From the NCBI GenBank assembly GCA_028534125.1, contig CM052818.1, positions 9,736,001-9,800,000 on the forward strand: a stretch of DNA of 64,000 nucleotides. Reading direction: 5' to 3'. The notes under the pieces were generated by a model. It was given only the letters and a program-made list of their open reading frames with translations. It did no database searches and was not told the DNA's origin. A program made the position numbers and the translations under genes. Shown here in pieces: positions 48,101 to 62,212 of this stretch. This DNA is from Lama glama. Its lineage: Eukaryota. Numbering within the stretch: position 1 is the first letter of the stretch; the number at the start of each line of letters is the position of its first letter.

Positions 48101-51100
48101 TAGGATATTTATTGCAGTATAAATTTGTTGAAGCAAAAAGAAAAAAATTGAGAAGGAAACAAACCAAAAATCTTGTAATAGGGTAATGATTTAATAAAAG
48201 TATGATACAGCCATGTAAGGACATATGCAGCTACTGAAAAGAATAAGCTGCCTGAAAGGGAAAAAGGTTCAAGATACAACGCTAAAAGGGAAAAGAAGTT
48301 TTAAAACAATCAGTGATTTTTTTAAAAACTTGCCAAAAATATATTATGTGAATGATGATAATGATGATGATGTGGTATCTGTGTGCATGTGTGTAGAAGA
48401 AACTGGTGAAATATCTTTGGAGGATGAGATTATAGGAGATTTGCTCTCCTTGTTATCTACTTCAGTAATGTTTGAATTTTTCCTATAATGAAGAAATTCT
48501 TTTAATTAACAAAATATTTAAAAAGTCACTTTTAAAAAGTCAAGTCTACAAATACAAGAAAATAAATTACTTACGGTTGTCATAAATTGGGTTAGAGACC
48601 AGAGGAGGTAGAGCAGTTGTCAAATTACCATGTTCATCAGGGAGGAAAACTTGAAAACATAATCTCACCACATTGAGGTCGCAATCTTCAATATCAAGCA
48701 GCTGTTGTTCAGGGACTGAACAGTACATTTTTTTTTAAGAATATATAACAGTCACATAGAACTAAAATCTTGCTAAGTCATCCTCCCTGCCCAATATAGC
48801 CAATAACCTTGAGTAGCAACCACATCTGCACTAACAAAAATAGAATGGTACACAATCTCAAGACTGCCTTTTATCCTTTTCATCATATAGTCACTATTCA
48901 ACATACTTAAGGTATGGCCATGGTCAGGAAGTAACAGTCACCTGAAATTTAGAGCAGAATCCCAGATTGACATTAATCAAATTTTTACAAAAATTGCTGC
49001 AGGTTATACACAGCTGAGAATAGGCATTCATGCATTAATTCAACATATATGTATTTAGCCCAGTCATGTGTTAAGGACTCTGTAAATTATCTCCAAATTC
49101 TTTATAAGAATGACTTCATTTTACAGATGAGGAACTGATTTTAAAGAAATGCAATCACTTGTACAAAGCTACACAGCTAAGAAGTGGTAGAGTAGGAATT
49201 CAAACTCAGGCCATTGAATCCAGAGGCTATGCTCTTAAACAGTGAACTCTATTAGAAAATTTTACATATATTTTGCATAAAAATGACATACAAGGGAATA
49301 TTTACTAAAATTTAGATCAATATGTTAGGGATTAAATACCAAAAGGATACTAGATGAGGCAAGGTAGTTTCCATAAGAAATTTTATGAGCAAACTAAGTT
49401 TGTTAAAAAAAAAACAAAAAACCATAGCAAGAAAATTTTATAGTTCGGAAAAAAAATTTTAAAAACATTCTTTATAACAGACTATAATATAATGACAGTT
49501 TATTAAATTGCTCTTTAAAAGAACTCCAGTGTCAGAGGAAAACATTACTGCCTTTACAAATACTAAAGTGTAGCAATCACACAACTAGCATATCCATATT
49601 TTTTAAAAGTGTGAAATACACATATTAAATTATTTAAAAACCTTTATTTTTCAAGAAGCACTAAAATTTGAAATACAAATTTTGAAAACAGTTAAAACCC
49701 AAGTTCTTAGTCTTACAGGCAATAACTAATGAAAATGACAAAGTAATTTTGACTGCTTTTATTTAAAATACACTCACAGTCTTAGTAGCTATCACAACAT
49801 TAAAAATTATTCCGTTATCAGCATTCTTAAGCCTAGCATTTGAAAGACACTAAAAAACCAAAAAGCAACTAAAAGGTCAAATGTTTTGAAATAAACACCT
49901 GTACCACAGCAGCATACTCTACTGGCACAATTATGTAGGCAATGAGGTATATCTCTTCAAAATCATTTTTTTATAGCATCGTAAATTTAGAGTTTAAGAC
50001 ATTAATGTTTCTCAACTCCAAAGATGAATAATCAATACACAAAAAGATAAATTAATAAAGTGCTTTGACAAGTTTAAAAACAAACCTATGTGAATAGATA
50101 AACAAACTGTGGCAGCCAGAGAATTAAAAAAAAAAAAAAAACCCAAACTATGGATATATACACCAACACGGATGTATTTCAAAAACATGATGTGATAAAA
50201 AGGAACTGAATATAAAATATATACCATATGCTTCCATTTATATGAAATTCTAGAAAAGATTAATTGATGGCAACAGAAAGCAAATTAATAGTTGACTAGG
50301 GCCAGAGGAGGAAGAGGGAATTGACTGGGGAGTGGGCCAAGGAAATTTTGGAGGAGTAGTTAGTGGTGGTAGTGGAAATACTCTTTACTTTGTATGGTGG
50401 TGTTATATATATCTGGGTAGATCCTACTGTATATAAACGAGGCCTTAAGAAAAGTTTATTTAAAATCTTTTAAAATAGTACATAAAAGAAAAATTAACTG
50501 GGTAATAAACGAGGAATGGGAATGAAGATGTATTTATTATAAATCACAATATCACAGAAACCCAGAGAGGTGAGTTCAGAATAAGAGAACTTGTTTTTCC
50601 AGATACAGCCTGCCAATTTTGTAAAAGGTGGCTAAGAGGATGAGAAATTGAGATGAACTCTCAAAAGACTGTAGGTGAAAAATAAAGGAGTTCAGGGTCT
50701 GCTAAAGATGGAGGATCTGATAAATGCCTGGTGCTCTGACTGGGGCTCTGGAGGAGCTGTACCCTAGGAGTGAGGGTGAACTGGATGGAAAGATAGCAGA
50801 CCTCACAGTGATGAAAGCCCAGCTTCAGACAACCTAAATCATTCACTGATACTAGATGATGCGGGATTGCTGTGAGACCAGCCACCGACCAAAAGAAAGT
50901 CTTCTGAAGGGAGGTAACAGCCTAGAACTAAAAACTTTTCATATAGGATGACTGGTATTCTATTTTAAATAAGCAGGCATAGAGGAGACAAAGCAATTTC
51001 TTTAAAAGAAAAGAAATTGTTAACAGACTAAAGAAACAGACCAGAAAGATTCCAAATAAAGAAGTTTTCAGACACATTATTTAAAATATCTATACTTAAT

Positions 51101-54100
51101 ATATTTGAGATGAAGACAATATTGAGAGTTCAGTAGAGTACTTGGAACTATTAGAAAAGGAACCAAACAAAATTCTAGAACTGAAAAATACAGTAAACTG
51201 AAATTTAAAACATCATCAAATTTATCAACTGTTTTATAGAAAACATTTTGTGTCCTGTCTTTCTACGTGCCAAGGACTAAAATCTATTTACCAGTGTTCT
51301 ATACGAAGAATTTTCTGAAGTGTTGATTTGCATTAAAGCCTCTGATTCATTTGAAAGCTGATTTTATTTTTAATATGGCAAGAAATAGGGAAACCAACTT
51401 AAATAACCATTTTTTCCAGCTTCACTTACCAAGTATTTCCTTCCTTTTGCTTGAACTGACATGCTACCACTGTTACATACAAAAGTCTCATATTTTCACA
51501 AGTCTGTTTCTGTGCTCTCAGTTTTACTCCACTGGCCAATCTGTCTATTGTTACCCCAACACTTGGGGTATTAACCTCTTCATTAGTACTTCTTCATAGG
51601 AAACCCTAATATCTGATAAGATCAGTTTCTCATCTTCTATAAAGTACCCTCCTTTTCCTGTTCAGAAACATCTTATCGTACTTAATGATAATCTTGTTGG
51701 GAGCCTGGAATTTCACTGTATCAGCTTGGGGGAAAAACCCATCTTTAAGGATAATATTGATATTAGAGAACATGATATACCTCTCCATTTATTTAGGTGT
51801 TCTCTATTAGCACATAGTAAAATTTTATAATTTTCCCTAAAGAAATCTTAATCATCATTTCTTACATCTGTTGCTATGCATTTTATATTTTGACAATATT
51901 TCCTTTATTTGCTGATGTATAGAAAAGCAACTGGCTTTTGTACGTTAATTTTGTACGTTACATGCATTCACACTTTTAAACTTATTTTAATAATTTGTAT
52001 ATCCTTTTGAATTTTCACTATAAATACAGCTTCCAATAATTATAGTTTTATCTCCTCATTTTCAATCAGGTCTCAGTGCACTGGCTACAATCTCCACTAC
52101 AGTGTTGAATAAAAGTGGCAAGAATACACATCCTTTTCTCATTCCTAACTTCAAAGTGAATGCTTCTAAATGTTTCCTACACTTAGCGTAATGCTTGCTG
52201 TAGGCTTTTTAATATATACATATCATTCTATAATATGAAATACCTCATTTTATTTTGCACTGTGAAAAATGGTACTCAGTTGCAAAATCTAGCAAAAGAA
52301 AGCATGAGACCAATCAAATTCTCTTAATTTTTTCTTAAACTAGTTTAAAATTTCCCTTTACACTTGATGAAAATGATACATACAAGGTAACAACTATTCT
52401 CCCTAATTGATCTTTAGAAATGTTACTCCTTAGTCCTAAGAGTAGCATATATGTAATAAGAATTTCATTTTATCTGAAAAACAATATAATTTATTTCTTT
52501 TGGAAGTAGGGATTAAATTTTTTATACCAATTATAATACCTACTAGCTCAAGAGAGCTAACACAGTGGATTAGGTGGCAGAGATGCATATAGAAGACAGT
52601 CCCCACGTTTCAGAGTCTCACGATTTAGTGAGGGAGAAACATGTAAATAAGGTATAGCAAACTGTATTAGAAATATGTACAGCACTTTGAGAAAACATAA
52701 AATATGTTGCTGTCAGAGAAGGTCACAGAAAGGTTAAAGAAGTGACCCTTCAATCTGAGGGATGAGCAGAAAGAATTCACCAGGTAGATTAAAGCATTTC
52801 ACACAAGGGAACTGCAAGTATAATAACATATAAAAAATATGGCTCTTCTAACATGGCAAAAACAGAGCATGCATGTTTGCACTCTGTTGGGGAAGGAGGG
52901 ACTGAGAGCTGACAGAGAGGATGAAAGCTGGAGATGATGCTGGGATGGAAAACAAGGATCAGATTATGAAGGACTATGAATGCTATGCTTGAGAAACTGA
53001 ATTTATCAAGTATATCAGTTTCCCAAAGTGTGGTCTATGGATCACTTGCGTTAGAATCAACTAGGGCAGAGATTTTTGAACTGTAGTTTGGGATCCACTG
53101 ATTATAAAATTAATTTACTGGGTTAGACATGCATTTTCTTAAAAAAAAACAAATGAAAAGGAATTGAATAGAGAGTATATTGCACACAGTAAGAATATTT
53201 TTTATCTATGTGTATCGGTGCACATCTGTGTGTTTTGAGCAGAGAAATAAAATCTATTTCCTACTGTGAGTTGCAGGCAAGAAACATGGATCTAGACAAA
53301 GGCTTCTTAAAATGCAGAGTCCAAGGCTCTGCACCAATCTATCAAATTAGTGAAAATGTGGCCTGGAATCTACATTTTTAACAAGTACTAAGGGATTCCT
53401 AAGCACACTCAAACTGAGAATCACTGCTGAAGATTATTTGGAGCCACTGAAGGATAATAAGGAGAGTTCTGAAATGATTCACACTGATTTTAGAAGAATG
53501 TGTTTGGATGCAGAGTACAAACACTGCCAGGAGGATGATCAAGAACAGAGGCAGGAACACAAGTTTAGAGGCTATCAACAATGGTCCAGGCTAAAATGAT
53601 GCAAGCTGACATTCCTACAACGGTAGTGAGAAGAGTGGAGAAGACTGATTGCGAAATGGTCAGGGTAGGTGGCCAAAGCAGTTTTTCTGGAATAGTAAAG
53701 GGTTCAAGAGGAATAGTGGAAGAGATGGTAGGAAAGGTATGTTGGAGCTACATGACTTTCAATTCAGGGCCATTTACATTTTAAACTATTGAAGGAGCTA
53801 CTGCAACTTTTTAATCACAATAATATGTTCTAAGATTATTCTAATGGTGGGGAGGGAGTTAACACAACTCAAATTATGAGATAAGTTCCTAAATTAGGGA
53901 GACAGCAAAAGGACTAGGGGAAGGAATGAATGTTAAGAACAAACAAACAACTAAACACAAAACGTAAATACTGTGAATGATCAACTGGCAGGATTGTTCT
54001 CTTCCCAAATCTGTATTTAACTGGGCAGCACAGCAGAGATAGGACCATGAGCCTGGAAGCCAGGCTACCTGTGTTTAAGTCCTAGCTCCATCAGGTATTA

Positions 54101-57100
54101 TTTCCTTGGGATTAATTTTCAAAAGTAGAAAATTTCTGGGTCAAGAGTATGCTCATTTAAAATTCTTTTTTTTAAAAATATTTTTTGAAAGAGTGATTGA
54201 TTGATTGATTGATTGGTGGGGGGAGGTATTTAGGTTTATTTATTTCTTTATTTTTAGAGGTGGTACTGGGGATTGAACCCAGGACAGCATGTATGCTAAG
54301 CATGAGCTCTACCACATGACCTATACCTTCCTCTCCTCATTTAAAATTCTGATTCATAGCTAAAGTAAAAGAACAACTTTTAAAGAGGTCATCAAATCTA
54401 GATGTAGTATGAAACAGGAATAATGTATTATAAAATAAGGAGATTATAAATAATATCTACTGTTTATCATTTTTTGTTTGTCAAGGAGTAAATGTTAAGT
54501 ACTTTATGTACACTATTTTATTTAATCATTATAACATTGCTTTACAGAACAGAAAACCAAAGCTTTGGTTACATAACTTTCCCAAGTCAGGTAGCACATA
54601 TAAGTGGCAGAGCTGGAATCCAAATCCACATCTCCTGATTTAAGTGGACAAGGCATTAAAAAGGAAGGTGTAGGAGGAAAAAGGCACATAGGCCATCTAT
54701 GGAAGTTTGGGGGTTTTTTTAGTTTGTTTTTGTTTTTAGCAACCCAGAACAAGACATGGTATTAATAACATACACTCATGTGGCACTTATAATAGCTCCT
54801 GGTACGTAATAAATGCTTTACATGTTGTTACTTCTTTTAATTCTTGTAACAACTTAGGAGGTAGGTACTATTAGTATCTCCACTTTTATAAATAAGGAAA
54901 TGAGGGCACAGAAAAATTAAGGAAATAATCACACAAGAGCTCACAGTATAAAAATAATAATAAAAAATAAAGCTTTTTTAGTAAAACAAGAATAACTTAA
55001 ATGTTTATTAATAGATGACTAGATAGATTACAATCTATCCAAACCATAGAATACTCTGTTCAATACCCAAAGTATGCATATTTAAGTAGTTGCAGATGAC
55101 TTTACAAAAGAGACTACCATAGTGTAGGATGCCAGCATTCAGCCTGGTAGTCATTTTTCTATTCAAACAATATGGCCCCTTGCCTATTCTGTAGCAACTG
55201 TGGCACAACTTCCAGGTGCTAACACCAGGTGGTTTCATCCCCAACAAAACCCACTGGACAGTAAATATCTAGCCATAACACAAACGCACTATGCAAATAT
55301 TTTATATAGCTTCTACTATTTCTATACTACTTCCACACTGGGATTAATTTAAGTGTCACCGTTGAATATGCCCTTGAGTTAAACACACCCCAATACCTTA
55401 TATCCATAGTGCCTATTCAACATTCGGTAAGGGGTACGTGTGTATCGTCTGCTGGAGCGGCAAAAGGAAGGCCACGTTCAAAGAGAATCTGAATATTTTT
55501 GAGGTTTTCTTACAGAAAACAATGACACTCTTTACTGATAGTAGAAAGCCTTGTCTCTGTAAGAATTGATTTTCAACACTAAAAGATTTTAAATATACTC
55601 GATTCCTCAGATACAGGTAGAAGACAACAAGTATATAAGTGAACACAGAACTTAAGACAACTTTTAAAACATAGGTTCAAGATACAAATAGAAATCACAA
55701 GTAAGACAATATCCAAGTAATAGAAACAATTATATCAAATATACTTACCACTGAAAGGATTGATTCCTGCTCTTATTCTTGAAATAATAGCTTCTTTGAC
55801 TTCCTTTTTTTTTACACAGCGAATACCCAAATTTTGAAAACTAGAAGGAAAACACAGAACTTTCAAACTATGTTATGGTTAAACACAAGCATATATAAAT
55901 GAGATTTTACTGAAGAATATTATAAAAATCAAGCAAATATCCAAAACTGAAGACATCAATTACATCATATTATAAAAATGTGAGGATAAAAAAGTGGGGT
56001 TATATTTTTTAAGAGAACTGTTAAAAGTAGTATATACCACTTTTACATACAGTCTTTTACAATTACATCTTACTAATATGTCTATGTCAAATATACTGAA
56101 GTAGACAAAGATTAATAGGAAACTGACACAAAAAAGCTAAAATTCACCTCAAATCAGTAAAATCTGTATATTTGATAATGTAAAGCAAAAGTTGGAAAAG
56201 ATGCCCACAGGCTAACACCTACAGGTATGGTTTTGCTGAGCTCATAAAAGTGTTAACATTTTAAAAAAATGTGCACAGACAACCAACATTTAAAAATCAG
56301 ATAACCACATATAAACATCTAGATTTCTGGCTTCTCTAGAACATTTTAAGGTCTAACAACAGTAGACTGACACAGAAACACCTGACCAGAGCTGAGCACC
56401 TGTGGCCCCATTTATGCAGGGCTCTCCAGTTTGCTACAGTGCCTGCTAGCCCTTGACATCTGAACCTCTCCACTCCATGGACATCTGATTTTTTTTTTTT
56501 TTTACTTCAAATGACTTCACTGTTAGTAGCAGTGGAATATGTTTTATGCCATATCATATGAAGTAATAGTAATTATTCATCACCAGAAAGCATTGAAATA
56601 TATATATATATATATATATTCATTAGAAAGATGTTTAATGGTAACAATAATATTTAACACAAGTTTCAAAATGTCATTTATGGAAAATTTCTCAACAGCT
56701 ACAAATATTACAAATTTGCATATGTGTAGTACAGATGATGGTGGGGGGAACTCCCCTACCACCACCAGCATACTTGTTCCCACATGGAAAAACCATGACA
56801 TCATTAAAGTTGGGTGGGTGTGAATAAGGAAGCAAAACTTGGTTATAATAACATTACTCTCTCTGCAAACTTCATATGGACCTTCTCAACAGGAGGCTGC
56901 TTGCCCTGTTTACCTTCATGTTATGCTCTTCACCTTCACCACGCTTGTGATTTTGTTAGTACGTAAATTACCTTTAATATTTCCTTCCTCTGCCTCCAGT
57001 AATTAAAAAACAAACCTTGAACTCGTAATTTTTTCTTGAAATCCTGAAACTACAACCCTCCTCAAAAGTATTCCACTTCTCTGAAAGATTCTTAGCTTGG

Positions 57101-60100
57101 TTCTTACTTTTCTCCTTGACAAAAGATTTTAAAGAATTCTTCATTTTAATATATTTATATTCTACATGATTTTGTCTCATCTGAAAAACCATATTTGACT
57201 GCTAGTCACACAATATTAGAAATAGCAGGGATTTCTGAAATTCTGACATGAGGAAACCATGGATCATATCGAGATTATTTGGGGTTCTTACTATGTACCA
57301 AAAACTCTGGAAAGTACTAGGAATACACAATCCCTCCTCTCATGAAGTCTAATGTAGGGGTTGGCAGAATATAGTCCATGGATTAGATCTGGCCTACCAC
57401 TGGTTTTTGTAAATAAAGTTTTACTGGAACACAAACTGATCTGTTTGCATATTCCCTCTGGGTGCTGTCGTGTTACAATAGCAGAGCTGAGGCACCAGAG
57501 ACCACTGGGCCTGCAAAGCCTAAAATACTTACTATCTAGACCTTCATAGAAAAAGTTTGCTGATCTCTAGTCTAGTGAAACAGAGAGATACTAAGTAATC
57601 ACACACAAAAATGCTAAACTGAAACCATGATATGTTTTATAAAGGAGATATACATGATGTCACAGGAGCCTATGGTGGGAGACAGTTGATCAATTAGTGT
57701 GTCGGTGATAGAGGTCACTGAGAGAAGTGGAAAGACTCAAGACCTATTTAGGAGGTGCCTATCAGTGACTTTAATGTGTACACTTGTGTGTGTGGGGGTG
57801 TCAAGGATGACACCTTTGGCACTTTTACAGCAACCACTAAGATAAGGTACATTGAAGGACCAGTTTTGAGAAGAAAGAGATATGATCAGGGTAATATCAT
57901 GGTTTGGGGCATATTCTATTTGAGGTGCTTTTAAAATATTTAAGGGACTATGTCAAAGAGGCCATCAGACTTATTACCATTCCCCACTGAAAGGTACTAG
58001 GGATCCTTAGAAAAAACTGATGATTTCAAGGCTGGGGCAAGAAAAGTACAAGTAAGTCTTGAACACTTTGCTGTGTCAGAAAGTAAAGAGGTGCTCAAAG
58101 AAAGATGAGGACACATCAGGACAAAGGAAACAGTCTGAGGGGGCTTATACTGGTCAAATTTGGGTCAATTTGAAAATTAAAGTAAGATTGCTAGTAGTGG
58201 ACTAGCATTCAGTTATAACAAAATGAATATAAGAATCCACTGGTCTATATAGTGGTAATTTTTCAAGTTGGGTAGGGAAAAGATGGCAGTTTTTCTTCAC
58301 AAAGAATATCAACAATGGGAAAAACTAGTATCACATCTCCTGAAGCGATTATTTTGAGAACAATACAGCATTATCTCTGCAGATTCCTTGTCTTCTTTCA
58401 TGTTAAGGTGAAAATACAACTCATGCTATTCATAGTAACATGGATATGATCACAAGCAACCTTTGAGACTAGCCCACACTGAACAACAATCTTCAAAACA
58501 AATAACCTTAACTCTTCAAAAATGTGAACATCATGAAAGACCAAAAAAGGCCAGGAAACTGTTCTAAATTGAAGAAGACTAAATAAGCATGACACCTAAA
58601 AGTAGTATGTGCTCCTTAACAGAATCCTGAATTGAAGGGAGAGAGGACAGCCACAATGGGCATTACTGGACATGAGTAAGGCAGTCCAAAAATTAAACTG
58701 CCCGTAACCAAGATCGAGAAGGAATAGCCAGAAAAGTTAAAGAAGGAAAATAGGAGAGTTTGTTCTCACAAAATCAGAAATCAAGGAATAAGAGTATTTT
58801 AAGAAAGGAGTGGTCTACAACATAAAATGCTGTTGGAAGGTCAAATAATATAAACAGGAAGTATTTCTTGCCAGTTTGTATAACTAGATATTTCATGTTT
58901 TGTGTTATTATTGAAAGAGGAATATTTCAAAAGTGCATTTTTTAAGTGGTTACTACTAGTATTTAAGGAGGCTACTAATTTTTTCTTGTTGCATTTAGTT
59001 TCATTTTGCCTCAAAAGCAATACATGTTCACCACAAAAAATGAACTATAAAATAAATACAAGTTAAAAGAATATAAAACCTCACAATCCTTCCCACCCAG
59101 AGACAACTACTATCAACACCTTAATGTTCATATTACCATATACATGTACATATTTATTTTTTTAAAAAACTAGTTATCACACATTGTTTTAAAGCCTACT
59201 TTATTTACCTAAACGTTGGGAATATCTTTTAATACAAAGACACATTTACAATGTTATATTCAAGGCTACACAGAAGTACACTGAATGGATGTAACAGTTT
59301 ATTTAATTAATCCCCTTTTGTTTATTATTTGGATTGCTTCTAACTTTTTCCATTACAAACAGAGTTTCCATGAACACCATTATAGCTAAGTGTCTGAACA
59401 TGCTTAATTAGAAATTATTTCCTCAGGATAAATTCCGAGAAGTAGAATTGCTAGTTCAAGAGATAGTCATATTTTTCAGGCTTCTGCTAGGTAGCTGTTA
59501 AAGGGCCTACCAGAAAAATTTATACTCTCACCAATGTGATGAACAGACCCACTCAGCAGCCTCACCAACATAAAGTGTTACTTTTTTTTTTAATCTTAAC
59601 TGTTGTTAAGAATTGTTGTTTATAACTGCCCTTTTCAAATAATAATTCCAGTTTTCCAGTTATCTTCTCACATCTGGTAATTTTTAAGTTAACCGTTAAC
59701 AAAAAGATAGAGTAAAAATTCATGAAAGAAAACCTTTCATAAATTGCTCAAAGAACGAAAATCACAGTATAAAATAAGTTTATGTTTACTTTCAGTAACA
59801 ATAAAGAAGTATTCCTGCTACAGTCAGGGGCTGCATCTACTAATAAAGAATGAAAGCATAGTTCTAATGCAAATAGTAAGAAAATTTAAATGTTTACTAA
59901 ATAGAAGTACGATGAGGAATTCATTTATTCTGTTAAAAAATAACAGATGTACATGGATAGAAAACAAGAGCATCTTATGCTTATCCTATTCCTGAAAATG
60001 TCTGTGACTGTGTACTTACAACAAAGGTCTGCGTTCTTGTCCAAATTCTGCTTCATAGTAGCCATCTCTGCAGTCTTTTCCTACTAAATCATGAGGATGA

Positions 60101-62212
60101 GGTTTATATGGGTCGTTCTTTGTTACTAATGTAATTCTCACTTTTCCTTTTCCATAGTAGTTCATAATCTGAAAAGGGGGTAAATCAAATATATGATCCA
60201 CAGATATATCACATTAAGAACTGATCTACTAAATGAGAGTTCAATTTATATAATATAGTTAGCGCTGGATAAAGTCCAATTGACTGGCAACTGCAGTTTG
60301 GATGAAACTTTCCAGAGAATACCTGCAGAGAAGAATTTACCCCTCAGTTCCTTGGCATATTATCTTCTGTCCTAATTTCAATCAGTCATATCATCTGGTT
60401 CTGCTTATTTTAAAACAAGAAAAATTATACCAAAATATTATCAGAGCATGAGGAAATATTAAGATGTTGAATCACAGAATGCCATGCTCTTATATTCATA
60501 GCTATACCATAAACATCCCTTGAAAGTATATATTTAAGCCACTTTGGAAATGATACCACATCAATATGATCATTTTACTTAATATGTGACATTTCATTTC
60601 ACAAAAATATTTGTTAATCAATAAGCATATCTCAAGTGTTCACTGTACAACAGGCAGTAAGTCCAGTTAAGGTTTGCAAAATTAAGTTTTCACACAGTAA
60701 GTACATCTAGAACACAGAGAATGAAGAAAAGGGTTAAATACAGGAGAGGAGGAAGGACATCCTGAGCACGTGGGGAGAAGCCAATGTTTAGTTTGGAAGC
60801 TAGCAAGTTTGCAAGCACAAAGCAGGGAATGTAAAAACCAGCATACAAGGGAGCGAGGTAACTAAGCAGGAATGGGTGGCTTTGCAGATAAAAGGGCATT
60901 AAAATCCATAATTTTGATTTTAAACTTAATTTGAACAGTAACCAGAAAGTACTCATAGCCTTTCTGAGTAAGAGAGAAGGTAACAACTTAAAAGTATAAG
61001 GTAGGTTGATGGAAAACTCAAGCTGTAAAGTTGGTTAGAACCTATTGGAATGGTAGGGATACAGATCTTAAAAATATTAAAGAAAATGCATAAAATATGC
61101 TGAATTATGGAGAAGAGTTAAAAATCGCTCCTTTTTATTAGCATCTCTCCCATTTTAACATTTAAATAAAAAGACTTGTATAACTCAAATCCATATTGCT
61201 GCCAAAACATGTAATAAAAGTCATGAATTCAATATGTAATTTTGCCACTGGCTTTTTCTATAACTTAGCATTTCCTTTAAGTTGAACAGAATAAACTTTG
61301 TAAATAATCCAGTAACAAAATGATAAATTAAGATCTGTTGATGAAAGAATAAATAACACTTTTCAAAATCCATTCTGCCATTAAGGTTTTAAATTGGCAT
61401 TTAAAGAATAAAAAAATTCATTAAAAATCGGATGAAATATAGTATATAAATATAGTATATGTTATAAATAAAGCATACTACAAAAGTCATTTTGGATCAA
61501 AAACTACTTTCAAAATTTATGCTAATATGAAAAAACTGTATTTAAAAAAGTGACAATATTTCAAATCAGTCAATGCAACCCAGGGTATCAGGGATAGGCA
61601 ATAAAGGTAAGAGGAAAAAAAAAAGACAAAAATACTCCCTTTTTCCATAGCAGATTAGCCAACTGATTGTAGGAGAACTCTAATTGAGTTCCCAAATGTA
61701 TGTTTTTCATCTACAGAACAATTTTGCTCATCCCTGGAAGGAGAGAATGCTTTTTCCTCATTAGCTTTTGGTTCCATGAAAGACACCATTTTCCAAAAGC
61801 TGTCAATGTACACTAAGTAAGCACTAAAGAATCACTCTAGTTAGATGAATATAGAAACAATGTATAACTATCTGCAGGGATGAAGAGCCCATAATATTTT
61901 TAAGAAACGTCCCTAGAGATCTATCCAATACAGATCAATTAAAAAGAAAAAAAAAAAGGAGGGGAGAAGCCAGTGGAGATGACTATGAAGAAGCTGCATC
62001 TTTAAGGTAACTGCTGGAGCTATACTAAGAAGCAACTAAGAGATAACACACAGGAGAATGGTCTATTACCTGGATGGATGGGTATGTTCGGTTATTGTCT
62101 GTGCTGTGCTCCCCTGGAATGCTGCCTGCTGATCGTCCTTCACATTTGTATCGAAAACGCATTCCTCTCTGCCTGGGTTGTTCAATTATCTCAATATATG
62201 GGTTATATCCAC
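44340..62212 (-). CDS. REL: REL proto-oncogene c-Rel (NF-kB subunit), 5'-partial multi-exon CDS (exon 2 to last; exon 1 outside window)
   Basis: Spliced translation contains the Rel homology domain ([35 protein letters not shown]), a KAKKQK NLS and the Ser-rich C-terminal transactivation region. Exons: 62212-62070, 60168-60020, 55840-55749, 48715-48575, 47462-47358, 47244-47032, 46451-46383, 46240-46169, 45121-44340; phases consistent. Confidence 0.97.
45741..45915. mobile_element. MER58A-like fragment in the last REL intron
   Basis: cagaaattggcaactttttt...ggctttgtaggccacatag...ccagtaaaacttc. Confidence 0.65.
46169..46240 (-). CDS. REL: REL penultimate exon ([23 protein letters not shown])
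   Basis: tcacag|GAGTTACT...AAAAAAG|gtattt; 72 nt (69 nt if the adjacent GAG acceptor is used). Confidence 0.93.
46383..46451 (-). CDS. REL: REL exon 8 ([22 protein letters not shown]), carries the NLS
   Basis: aaccag|ATACATAT...GATTGTG|gtaaga; 69 nt. Confidence 0.95.
47032..47244 (-). CDS. REL: REL exon 7 ([35 protein letters not shown]...[21 protein letters not shown])
   Basis: cactag|ATGACATA...GAAAAAG|gtatga; 213 nt; within ORF 47012..47293. Confidence 0.96.
47358..47462 (-). CDS. REL: REL exon 6 ([34 protein letters not shown])
   Basis: gcttag|GTGCTCCT...CAGAAAG|gtattt; 105 nt. Confidence 0.96.
48575..48715 (-). CDS. REL: REL exon 5 ([46 protein letters not shown])
   Basis: gttcag|TCCCTGAA...ACAACC|gtaagt; 141 nt. 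Confidence 0.96.
53016..53426. mobile_element. MER5A-like hAT element with a nested insertion (about 53068-53300)
   Basis: cagtttcccaaagtgtggtc...agaatca at the left end; tttttaacaagtac...gattcctaagcacactcaaactgagaatcactg at the right end. Confidence 0.6.
54167..54335 (-). mobile_element. tRNA-derived SINE (Vic-1-like)
   Basis: Same SINE body; 15-bp TSD CTCATTTAAAATTCT at 54152-54166 and 54336-54350. Confidence 0.9.
55749..55840 (-). CDS. REL: REL exon 4 ([30 protein letters not shown])
   Basis: ttctag|TTTTCAA...TCAGTG|gtaagt; 92 nt. Confidence 0.96.
56598..56619. repeat. (AT)n microsatellite
   Basis: atatatatatatatatatatat. Confidence 0.9.
57355..57569. mobile_element. MER58A-like non-autonomous hAT DNA transposon
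   Basis: Ends tagggg ttggcaga / agtttgctgatctcta, internal gtttttgtaaataaagttttactggaacac; 8-bp TSD GTCTAATG (57347-57354) / GTCTAGTG (57570-57577). Confidence 0.8.
60020..60168 (-). CDS. REL: REL exon 3 ([49 protein letters not shown])
   Basis: tttcag|ATTATG...TTGTT|gtaagt; 149 nt. Confidence 0.96.
62070..62212 (-). CDS. REL: REL exon 2 ([47 protein letters not shown])
   Basis: Minus strand tttcag|GTGGATAT...ATCCAG|gtaata; 143 nt; RxxRxRxxC DNA-binding loop; not listed as a minus-strand ORF in the track. Confidence 0.96.
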
